Source of the DNA: Octopus vulgaris | Taxonomy: Eukaryota | NCBI GenBank assembly: GCA_951406725.2 | Contig: OX597834.1 | Coordinates: 23,498,001-23,562,000, forward strand | Direction: 5' to 3' | DNA: 64,000 bases | Shown: positions 1 to 12,333 of the stretch, piece by piece | Layout: every line of letters starts with the position of its first letter | Numbering within the stretch: the first letter of the stretch is position 1 | Translations under genes and position numbers: made by a program | The notes under the pieces: model-generated | Databases searched by the model: none | Told to the model about the DNA's origin: nothing | What the model saw: the letters and a program-made list of their open reading frames with translations, nothing else

Positions 1-254
1 GAGGGAATACAAAGGAGTGACAGAGAGAGAGAGGAGAAATGGAAAGACAAGAAAAGACGTCAACAAGAAACTATGGCATTACAACCAGCCAGGAACAGTC
101 TTCGCTACATTTGCGGTACCTGCCAGAGGGCGTGTTTGTCCAGGATAGGACTACACAGCCACAGCAGGAAGTGTATCAGGACATGAAATGTAACAACCGG
201 ACTAGACTACTTTATGCGCAACTCCATTGTCTCCTGAGACAAAAAGGATGCCAA

Positions 255-326
<72 letters not shown>

Positions 327-344
327 TATATACACACACACACA

Positions 345-720
345 AGGACTCTCTTTCATGAAAGGCAAATTGTATGATGCTTGTGTATGAATGGCTATGT
401 TACATGGTAGTGAGACATGGGCTCTGAATGCAGGAGACATGCATAGACTGGAGAGGAATGAAGGTAGTATGTTTTGTTGGATGTGCAGTATCAATGTGCA
501 TGAATGACAAAGCACAAAAGTGTTGAGAGAAAATTTGGGCATAAGAGGTATCAAATGCAGCATGCAAGAGAGAAGACTATTTTGGTTTGGATATGTGATG
601 CGTATGAATGAAGACAGCTGTATAAAGATGTGCTGATTGCTGAAAGGAGATAGCAACCATGGAAGAAGGAGACCCAGGAACACATGGGATGAAGAAGTGA
701 GGACCAATCTTGGGATGTTT
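345..720 (+). mobile_element. RTE-clade LINE fragment (RT C-terminal region), degenerate
   Basis: Translates as KGKLYDACV..AMLHGSETWAL...LERNE..M..WMC...LREN..IR...QERRL.WFG.VMRM; same family as the copies at 3.7-4.3 kb and 58.3-58.8 kb. Confidence 0.85.
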
Positions 721-1627
721 TGTTGTGAAAGGAGGACTAAAATTACACAATTACATGTGGATGTTGTGTAAAAAGGTCATCTACCTTTCACTGCTTATGT
801 GTGAAGTTCAAGCTAAGAACTTCCAGTGACATCATTCACCTCTTCCAGTCGCTATCCTTTCATCGTCATAGGATTTTTCTTATTTTAGGGGTGGCAGTGT
901 ATACTCTCACCATCAAAACATGATGGTGGTATTTGCTGATAACATTCTACAGAACTACCTGCACATGGTTTTGTTTATAGTGGTCATTGCTTGTGCAGCA
1001 AAATGCACACTCCTCTCCCCATTAAAAAAGCATTTACCTGCACAGGTGCACAGTGTACCACATGTCAGATGCTAAATCGATGGTAGATTTCAGATCAGTG
1101 GCCTTCTCCTAGTCTAGTTGCTCAAAAGCTATAGAGCCCAGACTGCCCTATGAATAAAAAGATGCTGATAGTGCACATCAACTAAGGGGACATCAACGTG
1201 GAAGCCCCCACCGAGCTTGCTTGGTGAGGAGGAGGGTGTTTGTTGGAAACATGCATACATATATACACACACACACATACCCGCATATTCGTGTGTACGT
1301 ATACTCAGTTTCTACATACATACACACACATACATACATACATGCATACACACATACATACACACATACAAACATATATACATACACACATAAGTATATT
1401 CATACGTACATACGCACAGACACACAAACATAAACAAACTTCGAAGTCACTGTCAGATCTCTTGTAAAAGTTTACTAAACATTTACTCTACAGGCATTTA
1501 CTCTTTAGTTTGATGACAGTTTTACATTAGAAAGAAACATCAATAGATACATATACGGATATGTAGTGTACCCGGTATACGTTTTACAAGCGTATAAATA
1601 TCAAGAGATCGCTATAAGCAGTCTTAC

Positions 1628-1870
1628 CTCACCGAGTACTGTCCATGCATTTATGTATTTTGAGGGCTGAATAGTCGTTTGTGGTGGAATCCAAGGAGGC
1701 TACATTTCGTTTCACTCGAGAGATAATGTTTAAAAGAATAACCGTGGGTTGAATGGAAGGAAGGAAGAAGGAGTGAAAGAGTGAGGAAGAGAGAGTGTAA
1801 GAGAAGGAAGAAGGCAGTGGTGTGTATATTGTTTTCAATATAGAGGGTAAGACGAAGTATAGAAAGAATG

Positions 1871-1910
<40 letters not shown>

Positions 1911-1934
1911 GTATATAAACAGCGCAGAGATGGG
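1628..1934 (-). other. Candidate 5' exon of a divergent gene (mostly 5'UTR; possible start codon at 1650 giving MHGQYSV, phase-2 donor)
   Basis: On the - strand, a polypyrimidine tract ending ctctcag| at 1935 and a GAG|gtaaga donor at 1627; no downstream exon in the window to confirm. Confidence 0.4.
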
Positions 1935-2257
1935 CTGAGAGGTAAAGGAAGAGAGAGAAGAAACGAGGAAAAGATTTGTGAAATATGAATATGTCTATGA
2001 GTATGTGTGTGTGTGTGTGTGTGTGTTTATGTGTGTATAGTATATTTTTTTCTTTTCATATTTACCATGTACACACACTCGGGGTGAGAGAGAAGGAAGA
2101 GGTAGATAGACAGAAGAAACAGGGGAGTGATTTGTTATATACATAAACGCACACATACATGCACGCACACGCGCAGAGAGGGCGTGGGATATTAAGATGA
2201 AAGTAGAAGAAGATAAAGAGAGGAAAAGTGGGAGAGATTTATTAAACAGAGATAGTA

Positions 2258-2309
<52 letters not shown>

Positions 2310-2443
2310 CGCAGCTGAAATGTGATCGTAGCCGGGTACCAAAAATACCCGAACTCAAGGGTCAGTCTGATTCTCGTGAAACAAACAAATAAGGAAGGAC
2401 CCAATTTCAATTTAGGGAAACGCGTTTTTGGTGGGTTTCTTAC

Positions 2444-2530
2444 CTTTCAGCTCTGGTTTGATGTGTGTGAGGGGGAGAGAATATCGGATCGGGTACATAA
2501 TCTTTGTGCGTGCGCGCGCAGCAGGTGAGG
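2444..2530 (-). other. Candidate non-coding first exon / promoter of the divergent gene
   Basis: Strong - strand donor AAAG|gtaaga at 2443 within a CpG-enriched stretch (2300-2620); upstream boundary not definable. Confidence 0.35.
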
Positions 2531-2710
2531 AGTGTGTGTGTGCGTCGGCGTGCATGTGTGCGTATGCGTGTGCCTACCGGTGCGTCGTCGGTGCCTGTGC
2601 GCGTGCGTGTGTATATGTGTGCGTCTGTGTTCTTGTAATGTTTCTCGTTTTCTTTATCTGTCTGTACGATGAGTGTGTGCGTGCGTGCGTGTGTGTGTAT
2701 AATACTTATA

Positions 2711-2965
2711 CAATAATCCCCCCACTATCGCTGGTGTTACGTTCCAAAACTCCCCGCGATAGGTGAAAATCCGCGAAGTAGAAACTACTGTACTGTGTAT
2801 TTTTTTTGTAATTATTTTTATAATTTGTATATATTTATTTTATCATAAATTTTATCATAAGAGATGCAAAACATCATAACAGAGAAATCGACGTAAGCTT
2901 AAATAATAAACCGCGATAGGTGAACTGCGATAAATGAACCGCGAAAGTTGAACGAGGGATTACTG
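2711..2965. mobile_element. Tigger/pogo-type MITE
   Basis: Termini CAATAATCCC...GGGATTACTG, flanked by TA; a related inverted copy lies at ~20143-20357. Confidence 0.75.
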
Positions 2966-3018
2966 TAGTCAGTACATTTTCTAAGTGACTGTATATCTGT
3001 ATATGTGTTGTGTGTTTG

Positions 3019-3051
<33 letters not shown>

Positions 3052-3053
<2 letters not shown>

Positions 3054-4350
3054 CATCATCATCATCATCATCATCGTTTAGCGTCCGCTTTCCATGCTGG
3101 CATGGGTTGGACGGTGCATCTGGGGTCTGGGAAGCCAGAAGGCTTCATCAGGCCCAGTCTGATCTGGCAATGTTTCTACGGCTAGATGCCCTTCCTAACG
3201 ACAACCACTCCATGAGTGTAGTGGGTGCTTTTTACGTGCCACCGGCACAGGTGCCAGACGAGGCTGGCAAACGGCCACGGTCGGATGGTGCTCTTTACGT
3301 GCCACCGGCACGGAGGCCAGGCGAGGCTGGCAAACGGCCACGATCGGATGGTGCCTTTTACGTGCCACCGGCACGGAAGCCAGTCAGGGCGGCACTGGCA
3401 ACGGCCACGTTCGGATGGTGCTCTTATGTGCCACCAGCACTGGTATCACAGCTACAATTTCCATTCGTGTTGATCGATTTTGATTTTTGATTTTTTGATT
3501 TTCACTCGCCTCAACAGATCTTCACAAGTAGGGTTTTGTGTCCCAAGAAGGAAAGGTATGCATAAGTGGACTGAGGCCATGGGTGATGGTCTCACTTGTC
3601 CTGCCGGGTCTTCTCACGCACAGCATACTTCCAAAGGTTTCGGTCTCTAGTCATTTCCTCGGTGAGACCTAAAGTTCGAAGGTCGTGCTTCACCACCTCA
3701 TCCCAGGTTTTCCTGGGTCTGCCTCTTTCACAGATTCCCTCAACAGCTAGGGTTCGCACTTTTTCACACAACTATCTTCATCCATTCTCGCCACATGGCC
3801 ATACCAGCGCAAACGTCTCTCTTGCACACCGCAACTGATGCTTCTTAGGTCCAACTTCTCTCTCAAGGTACTTACTCTCTGTCGAGTATGAACACTGACA
3901 TTACACATCCATCGGAGCATGCTGGCTTCATTTCTTGCGAGCTTACGCATATCCTCAGCAGTCACGGCCCATGTTTCACTGCCATGTAGCATGGCTGTTC
4001 GTACACAAGCATCATACAGTCTACCTTTTACTCTGAGCGAGAGGCCTTTTGTCACTAGCAGAGGTAAGAGCTCTCTGAACTTTGCCCAAGCTATTCTTAC
4101 TCTAGCAGTTACACTTTCAACACACCCGCCCCCGCTACTGACTTGGTCACCTAGGTAACGGAAGCTATCAACTATTTCTAGTTTTTCTCCCTGGAATGTG
4201 GCGGAAGTTGGTCTCTGCGCATTTTCAGTGTTTATTGCTCCTGAGCATCTGCCACACACAAAAACTATCTTCCTAGTTAGCCTTCCCTTGACGTTGCTGC
4301 ACCTCTTATGTGTCCATAGCTTACACTTGGTGCATCTTATAGAGTTTCTT
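3052..4350 (-). mobile_element. 5'-truncated RTE-clade LINE (RT C-terminus, 3'UTR with internal ~57-bp repeats, (GAT)n tail)
   Basis: ORF 3747-4259 reads EIVDSFRYLGD...AWAKFRELLPLL...LYDACVRTAMLHGSETW...RRLRWYGHVARM; (CAT)n at 3053-3075 is the tail. Confidence 0.92.
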
Positions 4351-4359
4351 TATATATAT

Positions 4360-5751
4360 TGTTATATTTCGGAATGGTCATTTTGCCAGTTTAGCCAATA
4401 AAAACACACGCACTATATATTTGGTGTTACTTTGCTTCAGTGTTATTTATTTTTTACATTAATCTTAATCTTATTTCGGCCAGAGTTCTTTCGTCACACT
4501 CCTGCGACCGCATCAGTGGTCCTTTGTTTTCTTCTTTCTTATTTGTGTCTCTCCTTACTAACCGTCAGCCATTTTGTATTTCTATTGTATGTCTTCATTT
4601 GCGCATGCGTATATCTCTATGTGCATCTATGTTTATTTAGTGTGTGTGTGGGGGATGCCTGTAATATTTGTATCTTCTGTTTCTATACGTTCATATAATT
4701 TGTTTTTGTTGTTGTTTTTGTTTATTCTTATTTTGTTCATGTGTTTACATCCACTTATTATTATCATTACATATGCTTGTATGTATGTAAAACAACAATA
4801 CTAGTAATAATAATAATAAATCGAAAAAATATATATAATATAGTTATTTATTTCTATTTGTTTATTTATCTGTGTATTTATTATGTTTTCGGGATCCTCT
4901 ACCGTCATATATTGTGGTGTGTGCTAGTGTTCCATTCTAGTTTTCTATTCAGGCTAGGTTTATTTTCTATTATGTGTGTAGCTTCTGTAATTTGTCTGAT
5001 TGTTGCATCTGTTCTATGTGTGAACAATATTTTAATTTCTATGTTGTTGATTGATGCCCCGTGTTCCTGTTCAGCGTGTTGGTACAGAATCGATGAGCTT
5101 TTACCTTCCTTGAGTTGTCTTGAATGCTCATTTACCCGCTCTCCTATGCTTCTTGCCGTTTCCTCTACGTATGTCGTTGTCTTGTTACTGCATCATCCCT
5201 CTATACATCTTATACTATAGACTACATTTCTGGCTTTACAGTTTGTTTGTGGGCTAAATCTACATACAGTACAGTACTTATCCGTACAGGGGTTCTACTA
5301 AAAGGATAGGTTCTACCAATTATAGATTTGATAGGGTTGCCTGGCTTTTCAACAACCTTAATCTTTAGCTTAAGTTTGTCTAGGGTCCTTCTAAAGCGGT
5401 ACGCCAGTTCACCTCCAGGGGTGGTGTCAACGAACATGACACTCTGGTATTTATGGCTATCATACCAAGATTTGGCCTTCCCTATTTTCTTTTTTGTCCT
5501 TTCTATAGTGTTCCATGACTTGTTCCTATAGAGTGGGCAAATCTCATTCCTATCATTACATAATATATTATCAAATTTCATCATGGCTCCTTTGTATACT
5601 CTGATCTTTTCTTTATGGCTGTAACCAGAGAACTGCTTGCGGTGAATGAAATATTGTATGTGTCTCTTTAGCTCTGTAAGCTTGCACATACGTGACACGT
5701 TTCTCATTATTCTGACGAGGTCTGCCATCAAAATATTGAATTTGGCATTGT
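4360..5751 (-). mobile_element. Penelope-like retroelement fragment (RT thumb/linker plus GIY-YIG endonuclease plus 3' pLTR), probably Neptune-type
   Basis: ORF 5222-5815 (FSGY...PLYR...SVMFVDTTPGGEL...VVEKPG) continues after a frameshift as NVVYSIRC...YVEETARSIGERVNEH...HAEQEH...RQITEA...LNRKLEW; hammerhead-like relic at ~4470-4522. Confidence 0.85.
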
Positions 5752-6033
5752 AATTTCGAAATTTACAATTGGTAACAAGGACGCAACATAACCAATTATT
5801 CACCCAGCTTCTCAAGTTACGCCGCTATGATATACACGCGCAATATATACGGACTTAATTGACCACAATATATATATTGGGTGTATAATGTCTGCTTTGT
5901 ATTGCGTGTGTATACGTTGTGGTCTATTAAGTCCGTATGTATTGCGCGTGTATATCATAGCGGCGTAACTTGAGAAGCTGGGTGAATACTTGGTTATGTT
6001 GCGTCCTTGTTACCAATCGTAAATTTCGAAATT
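5752..6033. repeat. Long inverted repeat (~120-bp arms, ~37-bp spacer)
   Basis: 5752-~5873 is the near-exact reverse complement of ~5911-6033. Confidence 0.95.
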
Positions 6034-6105
6034 TTCGATGGAACCATTTATACAGAGTTTAATTGCCGAGAATATGGAGCCGTATTCCAGGAGTGTCTTT
6101 GTACG

Positions 6106-6106
<1 letters not shown>

Positions 6107-6175
<69 letters not shown>

Positions 6176-6255
6176 TACAAACATACATACATACATACAT
6201 ACATACATACATACATACATACATACATACATACATACATACATACATACATACA

Positions 6256-6301
<46 letters not shown>

Positions 6302-6368
6302 CACACACACGAACACAAATTATATGTATACGTATAGATATAATTATGTACATATACGTATGTAAATA

Positions 6369-6416
<48 letters not shown>
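6107..6416. repeat. Compound microsatellite (CA)n(CATA)n(TA)n
   Basis: Direct inspection. Confidence 0.98.
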
Positions 6417-6419
<3 letters not shown>

Positions 6420-6802
6420 GGATGAATAAATTATCCTTTGTTTACCTTTAACATGGAAAATTCAATAAACAGTTACCAGGGTAGCAACATTCACGCAAGT
6501 CACAAGGATGAAATTCAAAGGTAGAAATTCCAGGTTAATGTGCAGTAATTTGTATAGTATAAGTATATAAATGGAGTTGAACGCAGATGTTATTCAAATT
6601 CTTTTACTTTCGACATATATTTCGAAGACAACATCGTTTTATTCGAAAGGAATAAACGGTGTAAACTAACGTAATCTTTTCATCGGGAAAGAAAGAGAAC
6701 CAATCTCAACAAGACATAAAAATTTTGATGACTGCATAAATGATAAACAGAACGCTATTAAGTATTTTATAAAACTGTTAGTAGATACTATATACTATAT
6801 AC

Positions 6803-6892
<90 letters not shown>

Positions 6893-6895
<3 letters not shown>

Positions 6896-7195
6896 AGGCG
6901 CAATGGCCCAGTGGTTAGGGTAGCGGACTCGCGGTCGGAGGATCGCGGTTTCGATTCACAGACTGGGCGTTGTGTATGTTTATTGAGCGAGAACACCTAT
7001 ATGCTCCACGAGGCTCCGGCAGGGGATGGTGGCGATCCCTGCTGTACTCTTTCGCCACAACTTTCTCTCACACTTTCGTCTGTTGGCCTGCTCGCTTAGC
7101 CAGCGGGGTGACGTCATTTGAAGGCTAAAACAATGCGAAGCGCATTGTGACCAGCGATGTGTAGCAACATCTGATAGCCTGGTCGGTCACGGTGA
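6893..7195 (+). mobile_element. tRNA-derived SINE
   Basis: A-box TGGCCCAGTGG and B-box GGTTTCGATTC; related copies at ~29385-29671(-), ~42470-42755(+), ~60715-61080(-). Confidence 0.85.
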
Positions 7196-7229
7196 TATAT
7201 ATATATACATATATATATATATATGTATA

Positions 7230-8280
7230 CGGCTAGAGGCGTGATGCATACTAGCAAGACTATCTAAAAAGTGATTTTTTAAAATCCCACGACGAGCAGC
7301 GACTAAAAATCCTGTCTTCTGAAGAAAATCTGAAACCGCTGGCCCTACGTGTGACGCACATTTCAATTTAAGGCCTTGTTTTACGCGGAAACTCATGGAA
7401 ATCTGCGTTCGATATCATATGATCGAACTAGGTCAGGACCGAGATCACCTGATTTAGAATGATTTTGGTAGAAATGTTCAGCTAGAGAGCGGGTCGTAGG
7501 TGACATGTAGTGATATGGCCACCTGAAATGAAGGTTAGTTACGAGAAAAACGGATTCTTGCAGGACGAATAAACAACCCTGCACCAAACGGCAATAACCT
7601 ACCAGGGGAGATGGAAAAATGGGCGATAGTGTTAGCTCTCAAGAAAACTCTCACAACCCAGAGATGTAGTAAGGACGAGGCGTGTCAAAAAAAAAACCTG
7701 TCTCCGCTGGTCTGAGAAAATTATTAAATTGACGAATGGCCCGAATAAGACCGCCAAAAGCCGCAGTACGGTTAGAGGCAATAGATGCAACTATACTGCA
7801 TCGTCTTTCGCGCAGGATAACAAGAGACACGTTCGGGGCTTAGGTAGAAGCGTTTGACCGAAAAGCACTCTACAGTCTCCATCTAACGATGTGAAAATTG
7901 GCGATGGGTTTGTAACTTGTCCTGGAAGCATGGTATGGACACAAAGTTTTACTTACCTTGAGACCCCAAAAAGGGTCCAGAAGGGAACACATTCGGATAG
8001 TTGATGACTGTAACGTCACAACCCTTGCGGTTAATGCGCAGGATCTAGTGGAGGAGGACGGATGCTCTCAGCTAGATAAGATATAGTCGGGGTTTCATCA
8101 ACAAAGTTTTGCAATAATGAGAAGAGAAGAGAACGTGAGCGTTGACTTGGTAATGATTTATTCCAATTGTTACATATGTTTCTGTATTCGGCAACACATG
8201 ACGTCACACTACAGATGCACTCAGTAGCTGCAGCTTCAAAAGCAAGCATAGAGCAAACAACATCGTCAGACAATCGATAA
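7230..8280 (-). pseudogene. Unidentified decayed coding-like sequence (possible second viral segment)
   Basis: CpG-retaining, non-repetitive, broken ORFs on the - strand (8031-8273, 7393-7587, 7187-7396); no recognised family. Confidence 0.3.
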
Positions 8281-8354
8281 AGAAATACAAATTATAAAAC
8301 AAACAGATTTTAGGGGTGGGGGCTACTTGATTTCAGGCTTGTGCCTATACTGAT

Positions 8355-8872
8355 GGGATTATTATTTTGGTTTGGCTCAGGTCCGGCCTTATACCTGGTA
8401 GGATTTATGTGGGTAGCGGGTTACCCTCTGTAACCTTAGGTATCCACAAGTTTTCAGCAGTCTTTCGAGTGCTTAGAATCCTCCTGATAATCCTTGCTGT
8501 CCCTAAGAGACAAACTTTCTGCAGGAGTTCAACTGGGAATTCTATCCCAGTCTCCTTCAGCCATTTCTCTATATCTTCACTTGCTGTTCCCAACACACCA
8601 ATTATTATTGGCACGAACTTTACTGTTTGCATGCTCCAAATTCTTCCTATTTCAAACTTTAAGGGATTGTATTGTTTTTTTATTCCTCTTTCCTCGCGTT
8701 TCTGGAATCAAACGGACATGATAGATAAATTAGTAAGCAACTTTGCTTTTTCTTGTCTACAATTGTTATATCTGGTCTATTATTTTCAAATTTCTTGTCC
8801 GTTTGAGTAGGAAAGTTCCACAAAATCTTACATTTCTCCGACTCCAGTACTCTTTCGACTCGATGATTCGAC
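8355..8872 (-). mobile_element. R4/Dong-like non-LTR retrotransposon 3' end (restriction-like endonuclease)
   Basis: Translates as KILWNFPTQTDK..NNRPDITIVDK...CPFD...Y.PLKFEIGRIW...VPIIIGVLG...LQKVCLLGTARIIR; ends in AATAATAAT. Confidence 0.9.
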
Positions 8873-8879
8873 TAAGTCC

Positions 8880-9200
8880 AACTGCGTGATACCCAGGACA
8901 AGTGTCTCCTACTATAGCCTCGGACCGACCGAAGCCTTGTGGGTGGATTTCCTTGTGAGGAAACTGAAAGAAGCCCATCGTATATATGTATGTGTGTGTT
9001 TGTCTGTTTTTGTCCTCCATAATCGCTTGACACCCGGTGTTGGTGTATTTACACCCCCGTAACTTAGCTGTTCGGCAAAAGAGACTGATAGAGTAAGTAA
9101 CAAAAAAATAAATACTGGGGTTGATTCATTCGACTGAAACAAATTGTTCAAGGCAGTGCCCCAACATGGCCGTTGTCTAATGACTGAAACAAGAAAAAAT
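8880..9200 (+). mobile_element. SINE of the abundant 'cttctactatagcctcgg...aaactgaaagaagccc' family (5'-truncated)
   Basis: Matches full copies at 21051-21450(+) and 38668-39035(-). Confidence 0.85.
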
Positions 9201-9550
9201 ATGTCTATACAGGCGCAGACATTCACACCCTAATACATATCGTGCATATGTATTTATCTTCTCAAGTATTTCACATAATTTGGTTAACCACTTATTGGTA
9301 GCAGATTAAGTTATTGCATTTAATGTCCAACATGCCGATATGTTCTATATTACTTCACCGTTTGTGATGACAATAGCAATAGAAAAAGAACTACTTTACT
9401 AGCACACTTTTCTGGCGCTAAGTAATTATTTTCGGGGACAAATTAGTACAACCAAAATTGCATAAAATTAATTATAACATTTAGCTTGGGGTAGGTGTTC
9501 TTCTGTTTTGTAACTAGTAACGTAAACTACCCCGTAGCAAGAGTGACATA

Positions 9551-9959
9551 ACAAAAGGCGGCAAGCTGGCAGAAACGTTAGCACACCGGGCGAAATGCGT
9601 AGCCTTATTTCGTCCGCCGTTATGTTCTGAGTTCAAATTCCGCCGAGGTCGACTTTGCCTTTCATCCTTTCAAGGTCGATAAATTAAGTACCAGTTACGC
9701 ACTGGAGTCGATGTAATTGACTTAATCCCTTTGTCTGTCCTTGTTTGTCCTCTCTGTGTTTAGCCCCTTGTGGGTAGTAAAGAAATAGGTATTTCGTCTG
9801 CCGTTACGTTCTGAGTTCAAATTCCGCCGATGTCGACTTTGTCTTTCATCCTTTCGGGGAAGATTAAATAAATACCAGTTACGCACTGGGTCGATCTAAT
9901 CGACTTAATCCCTTTGTCTGTCCCCTCTATGTTTAGCCCCTTGTGGGCAGTAAAGAAAT
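9551..9959 (+). mobile_element. tRNA-derived SINE with tandem partial duplication and 12-bp target-site duplication
   Basis: GGCGGCAAGCTGGCAGAAACG head; core gtcgactttgcctttcatcctttc; TSD AAGAGTGACATA at 9539-9550 and 9960-9971. Confidence 0.92.
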
Positions 9960-10084
9960 AAGAGTGACATATCTCGAGTCCTGTTCTCTAGGATTCAACC
10001 ACTTTTCTTTCTCAAAATTGTGTCCATAAAATAAATGTTAGATTTAATTAATTATTATTTTTTATTAGACAGAGGGTCTAATAG

Positions 10085-10297
10085 CAGTTGTTCTCAAACA
10101 GGGTCCATATAAGATTTTACCGTTAAAATTTGTGCAATAAAATTGGTTATACAAAATATTTTTTATATAATTCCTAGTAATATTTAATTTACAAAAATAT
10201 AGTAGGATTATTACACATCAAAAATGGCTACAGGGGTCTAGTTAAGTAAAGTAGGGATCAAAGGGGTCTATGGGTAGAAAATGGTTGAGAATCACTG
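10085..10297. mobile_element. hAT/Charlie-type MITE
   Basis: TIRs CAGTTGTTCTCAA...TTGAGAATCACTG; TSD degenerate. Confidence 0.8.
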
Positions 10298-10299
10298 GT

Positions 10300-12050
10300 T
10301 TATAGGGAAGATGAAGACAAAATGTTGCTTTTTCTCCAGAACAATTGTGGCACAAGGTATGTGAATTTAACCAAGGATTGAAACTACGATACAAGCTTGT
10401 TGCTTGTTCTTCCGAACTTCGTTTTTATTTATTAGAGCATGAAACGAAATAAAATGAACTCTTCCGGTGTTTTGAGTTCCATCTCTTCACCCCTCTTTGT
10501 CGGTGAAACATTTTTTTCTTGAACTCTACATCGACCTATAATAGCCATATTAAAGTATTTCCGGTTTTCACAGATGTCATCCTGAGCGTATAATGATGTT
10601 AACAGCTTAAACGAAGTGGTTGGTGTACATTCAAAGAGGAAGAGAAGTAATAAAGACAACACAAAGAAGAAACGGCGTTTAGTGAAGATGGCTTTCAATG
10701 AACTTTTTGTGAATGTAATCTGTTTAATAATAGCCTCCGTAGTAGTTGCATACATTGGACTGTGGTATATGCTGGTGAAGTTGAAACTTGCCGAAGGTGA
10801 CTGTAAAAGGACCAGGGTACAGTATCGTAATAATTTTGGGGTTAAATTGAACAGCCCTCTAGATAACGTTGTTAGCAAAACATTTAACACATTTCCACTG
10901 CTACGACAGAGGAGGCGCCGACGGCTTCTTACATAATGACATTTAATCCAAAAGTACAATCTTATTAAGGTACGCTGCAGTACAACGCATGACATAAAAG
11001 TATTTTCAAACTTGAGTTTTATTACATACAATAGTTTACTTTGTGTGTAGGCTGACCCAACCCAATTGTTGTTTATCTTAAAATAGATATTCAATGTTCA
11101 AAGTCTAAAATGACAAATGTGACAGAAATTTGAAATACTGAACTTAAAATGAATGTTATTAACTTTGCAATCTCTACCGTCGCCTGCTGTCCAAATTCGA
11201 GAGATTAGCAATACGTCATGTCGTGCTGGACATTGATTTTAGAAGCTGATAAAACATAATTTTATATTAATAATCACAAGGCGTTATTTCCTAGCCATTG
11301 CTTCAAACCAACTGCACTCTTTCGTGTACTAACTCAAGCTGTCATTTCTTACATCTCAGAATTCCAGAACATGGCCAGAATGGATGAAATAAACAGCATA
11401 GGTTTGATTATACAAATAGGAAACTAGAATTCAAAACGACTATGCTTTATTATTATATTATTATTAAACTGTACATACTGCACAATGACTCAAGGAAAGA
11501 GAGTTTCGTGTATTGGCACTTATCGAACCCGTTTTAAAGCCATCCGATTACATTTCGTATACCGGTGACAATGGTGGAACAATTCGGAGAAATGTCATTA
11601 TCGTCGGGATATCAATGATATCCTTTTAATTTGAAACCTGTTTGATAAGTGCCAGCTCTCGGTCCTTGAACCACTGTAAATTTTTATTATTACACAGCAA
11701 TTGTGTAACGATCGGGTTACATTTTTATTACAATTCTTAAAGGCCTCCATTCTGAGAGTTCAAATCGTCTTGACAAGCCGGGGACGAAACGATTTTATTT
11801 CATTTGATTATGATCTTTTTCCTCGTTCTTGGTAAAGTTGCTGTTGATGGTGAGGATATAAACTATGGATAAGACTGTCGAACCGTGTTCGCAACCCAAC
11901 ATATTTTCTGCCATTTTTTTTAGCGACCATTTTCTTGGGTTAATTCTATTTCCTTTCATGGTCCCAGAATATCAAAAGCTACCCCTTTGTCCGTCTCAGA
12001 AATGCTATCTTGGTAAAGAGATATCGTTTCATTAACCATTTTATTTTTAA
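10300..12050 (-). pseudogene. Candidate endogenous viral element: central part of a bunyavirus-like L protein, decayed
   Basis: Includes the 220-aa ORF 10432-11094; motifs SAYTQSKLLYVIK, LTTLSRGLFNLTPKLLRYCTLVLL and (after a frameshift) HALINKNE resemble, from memory, bunyaviral L PA-C-like-region motifs; many stops and frameshifts; may continue to ~9240 past the MITE and SINE. Confidence 0.45.
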
Positions 12051-12094
12051 TTGTTTAAAATGAGTAATTAAATTCGCGTGACTTTTGCCCCCAC

Positions 12095-12240
12095 CCAATG
12101 TGTATGTGTGTATATATTATAAACACGCACAGCCCTTGGTGTGTCTGATTTTATATACATAATATAAATATATCCACACACACACATTTGCTTATGTATG
12201 TGTGACTATGTATATACACACCCCCTTTGGTGTGTGATTT

Positions 12241-12274
<34 letters not shown>

Positions 12275-12287
12275 CATATATATATAC

Positions 12288-12333
<46 letters not shown>

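Noticed and set aside
3005-3490. 161-aa ORF with repeated YVPPA motifs
   Set aside because: Antisense reading of internal repeats in the RTE 3'UTR
6473-6489. X-box-like GTTACCAGGGTAGCAAC
   Set aside because: Lies in a dispersed repeat, with another copy at ~55208
6893-6970. tRNA-like sequences at SINE heads
   Set aside because: Continue into SINE bodies and are multi-copy; not tRNA genes
7950-7962. Strong - strand donor CAAG|gtaagt
   Set aside because: No clean open exon or matching acceptor; surrounding frames are broken
10616-10936. + strand 106-aa ORF with an apparent transmembrane segment
   Set aside because: Antisense shadow of the longer - strand ORF; no splice or homology support
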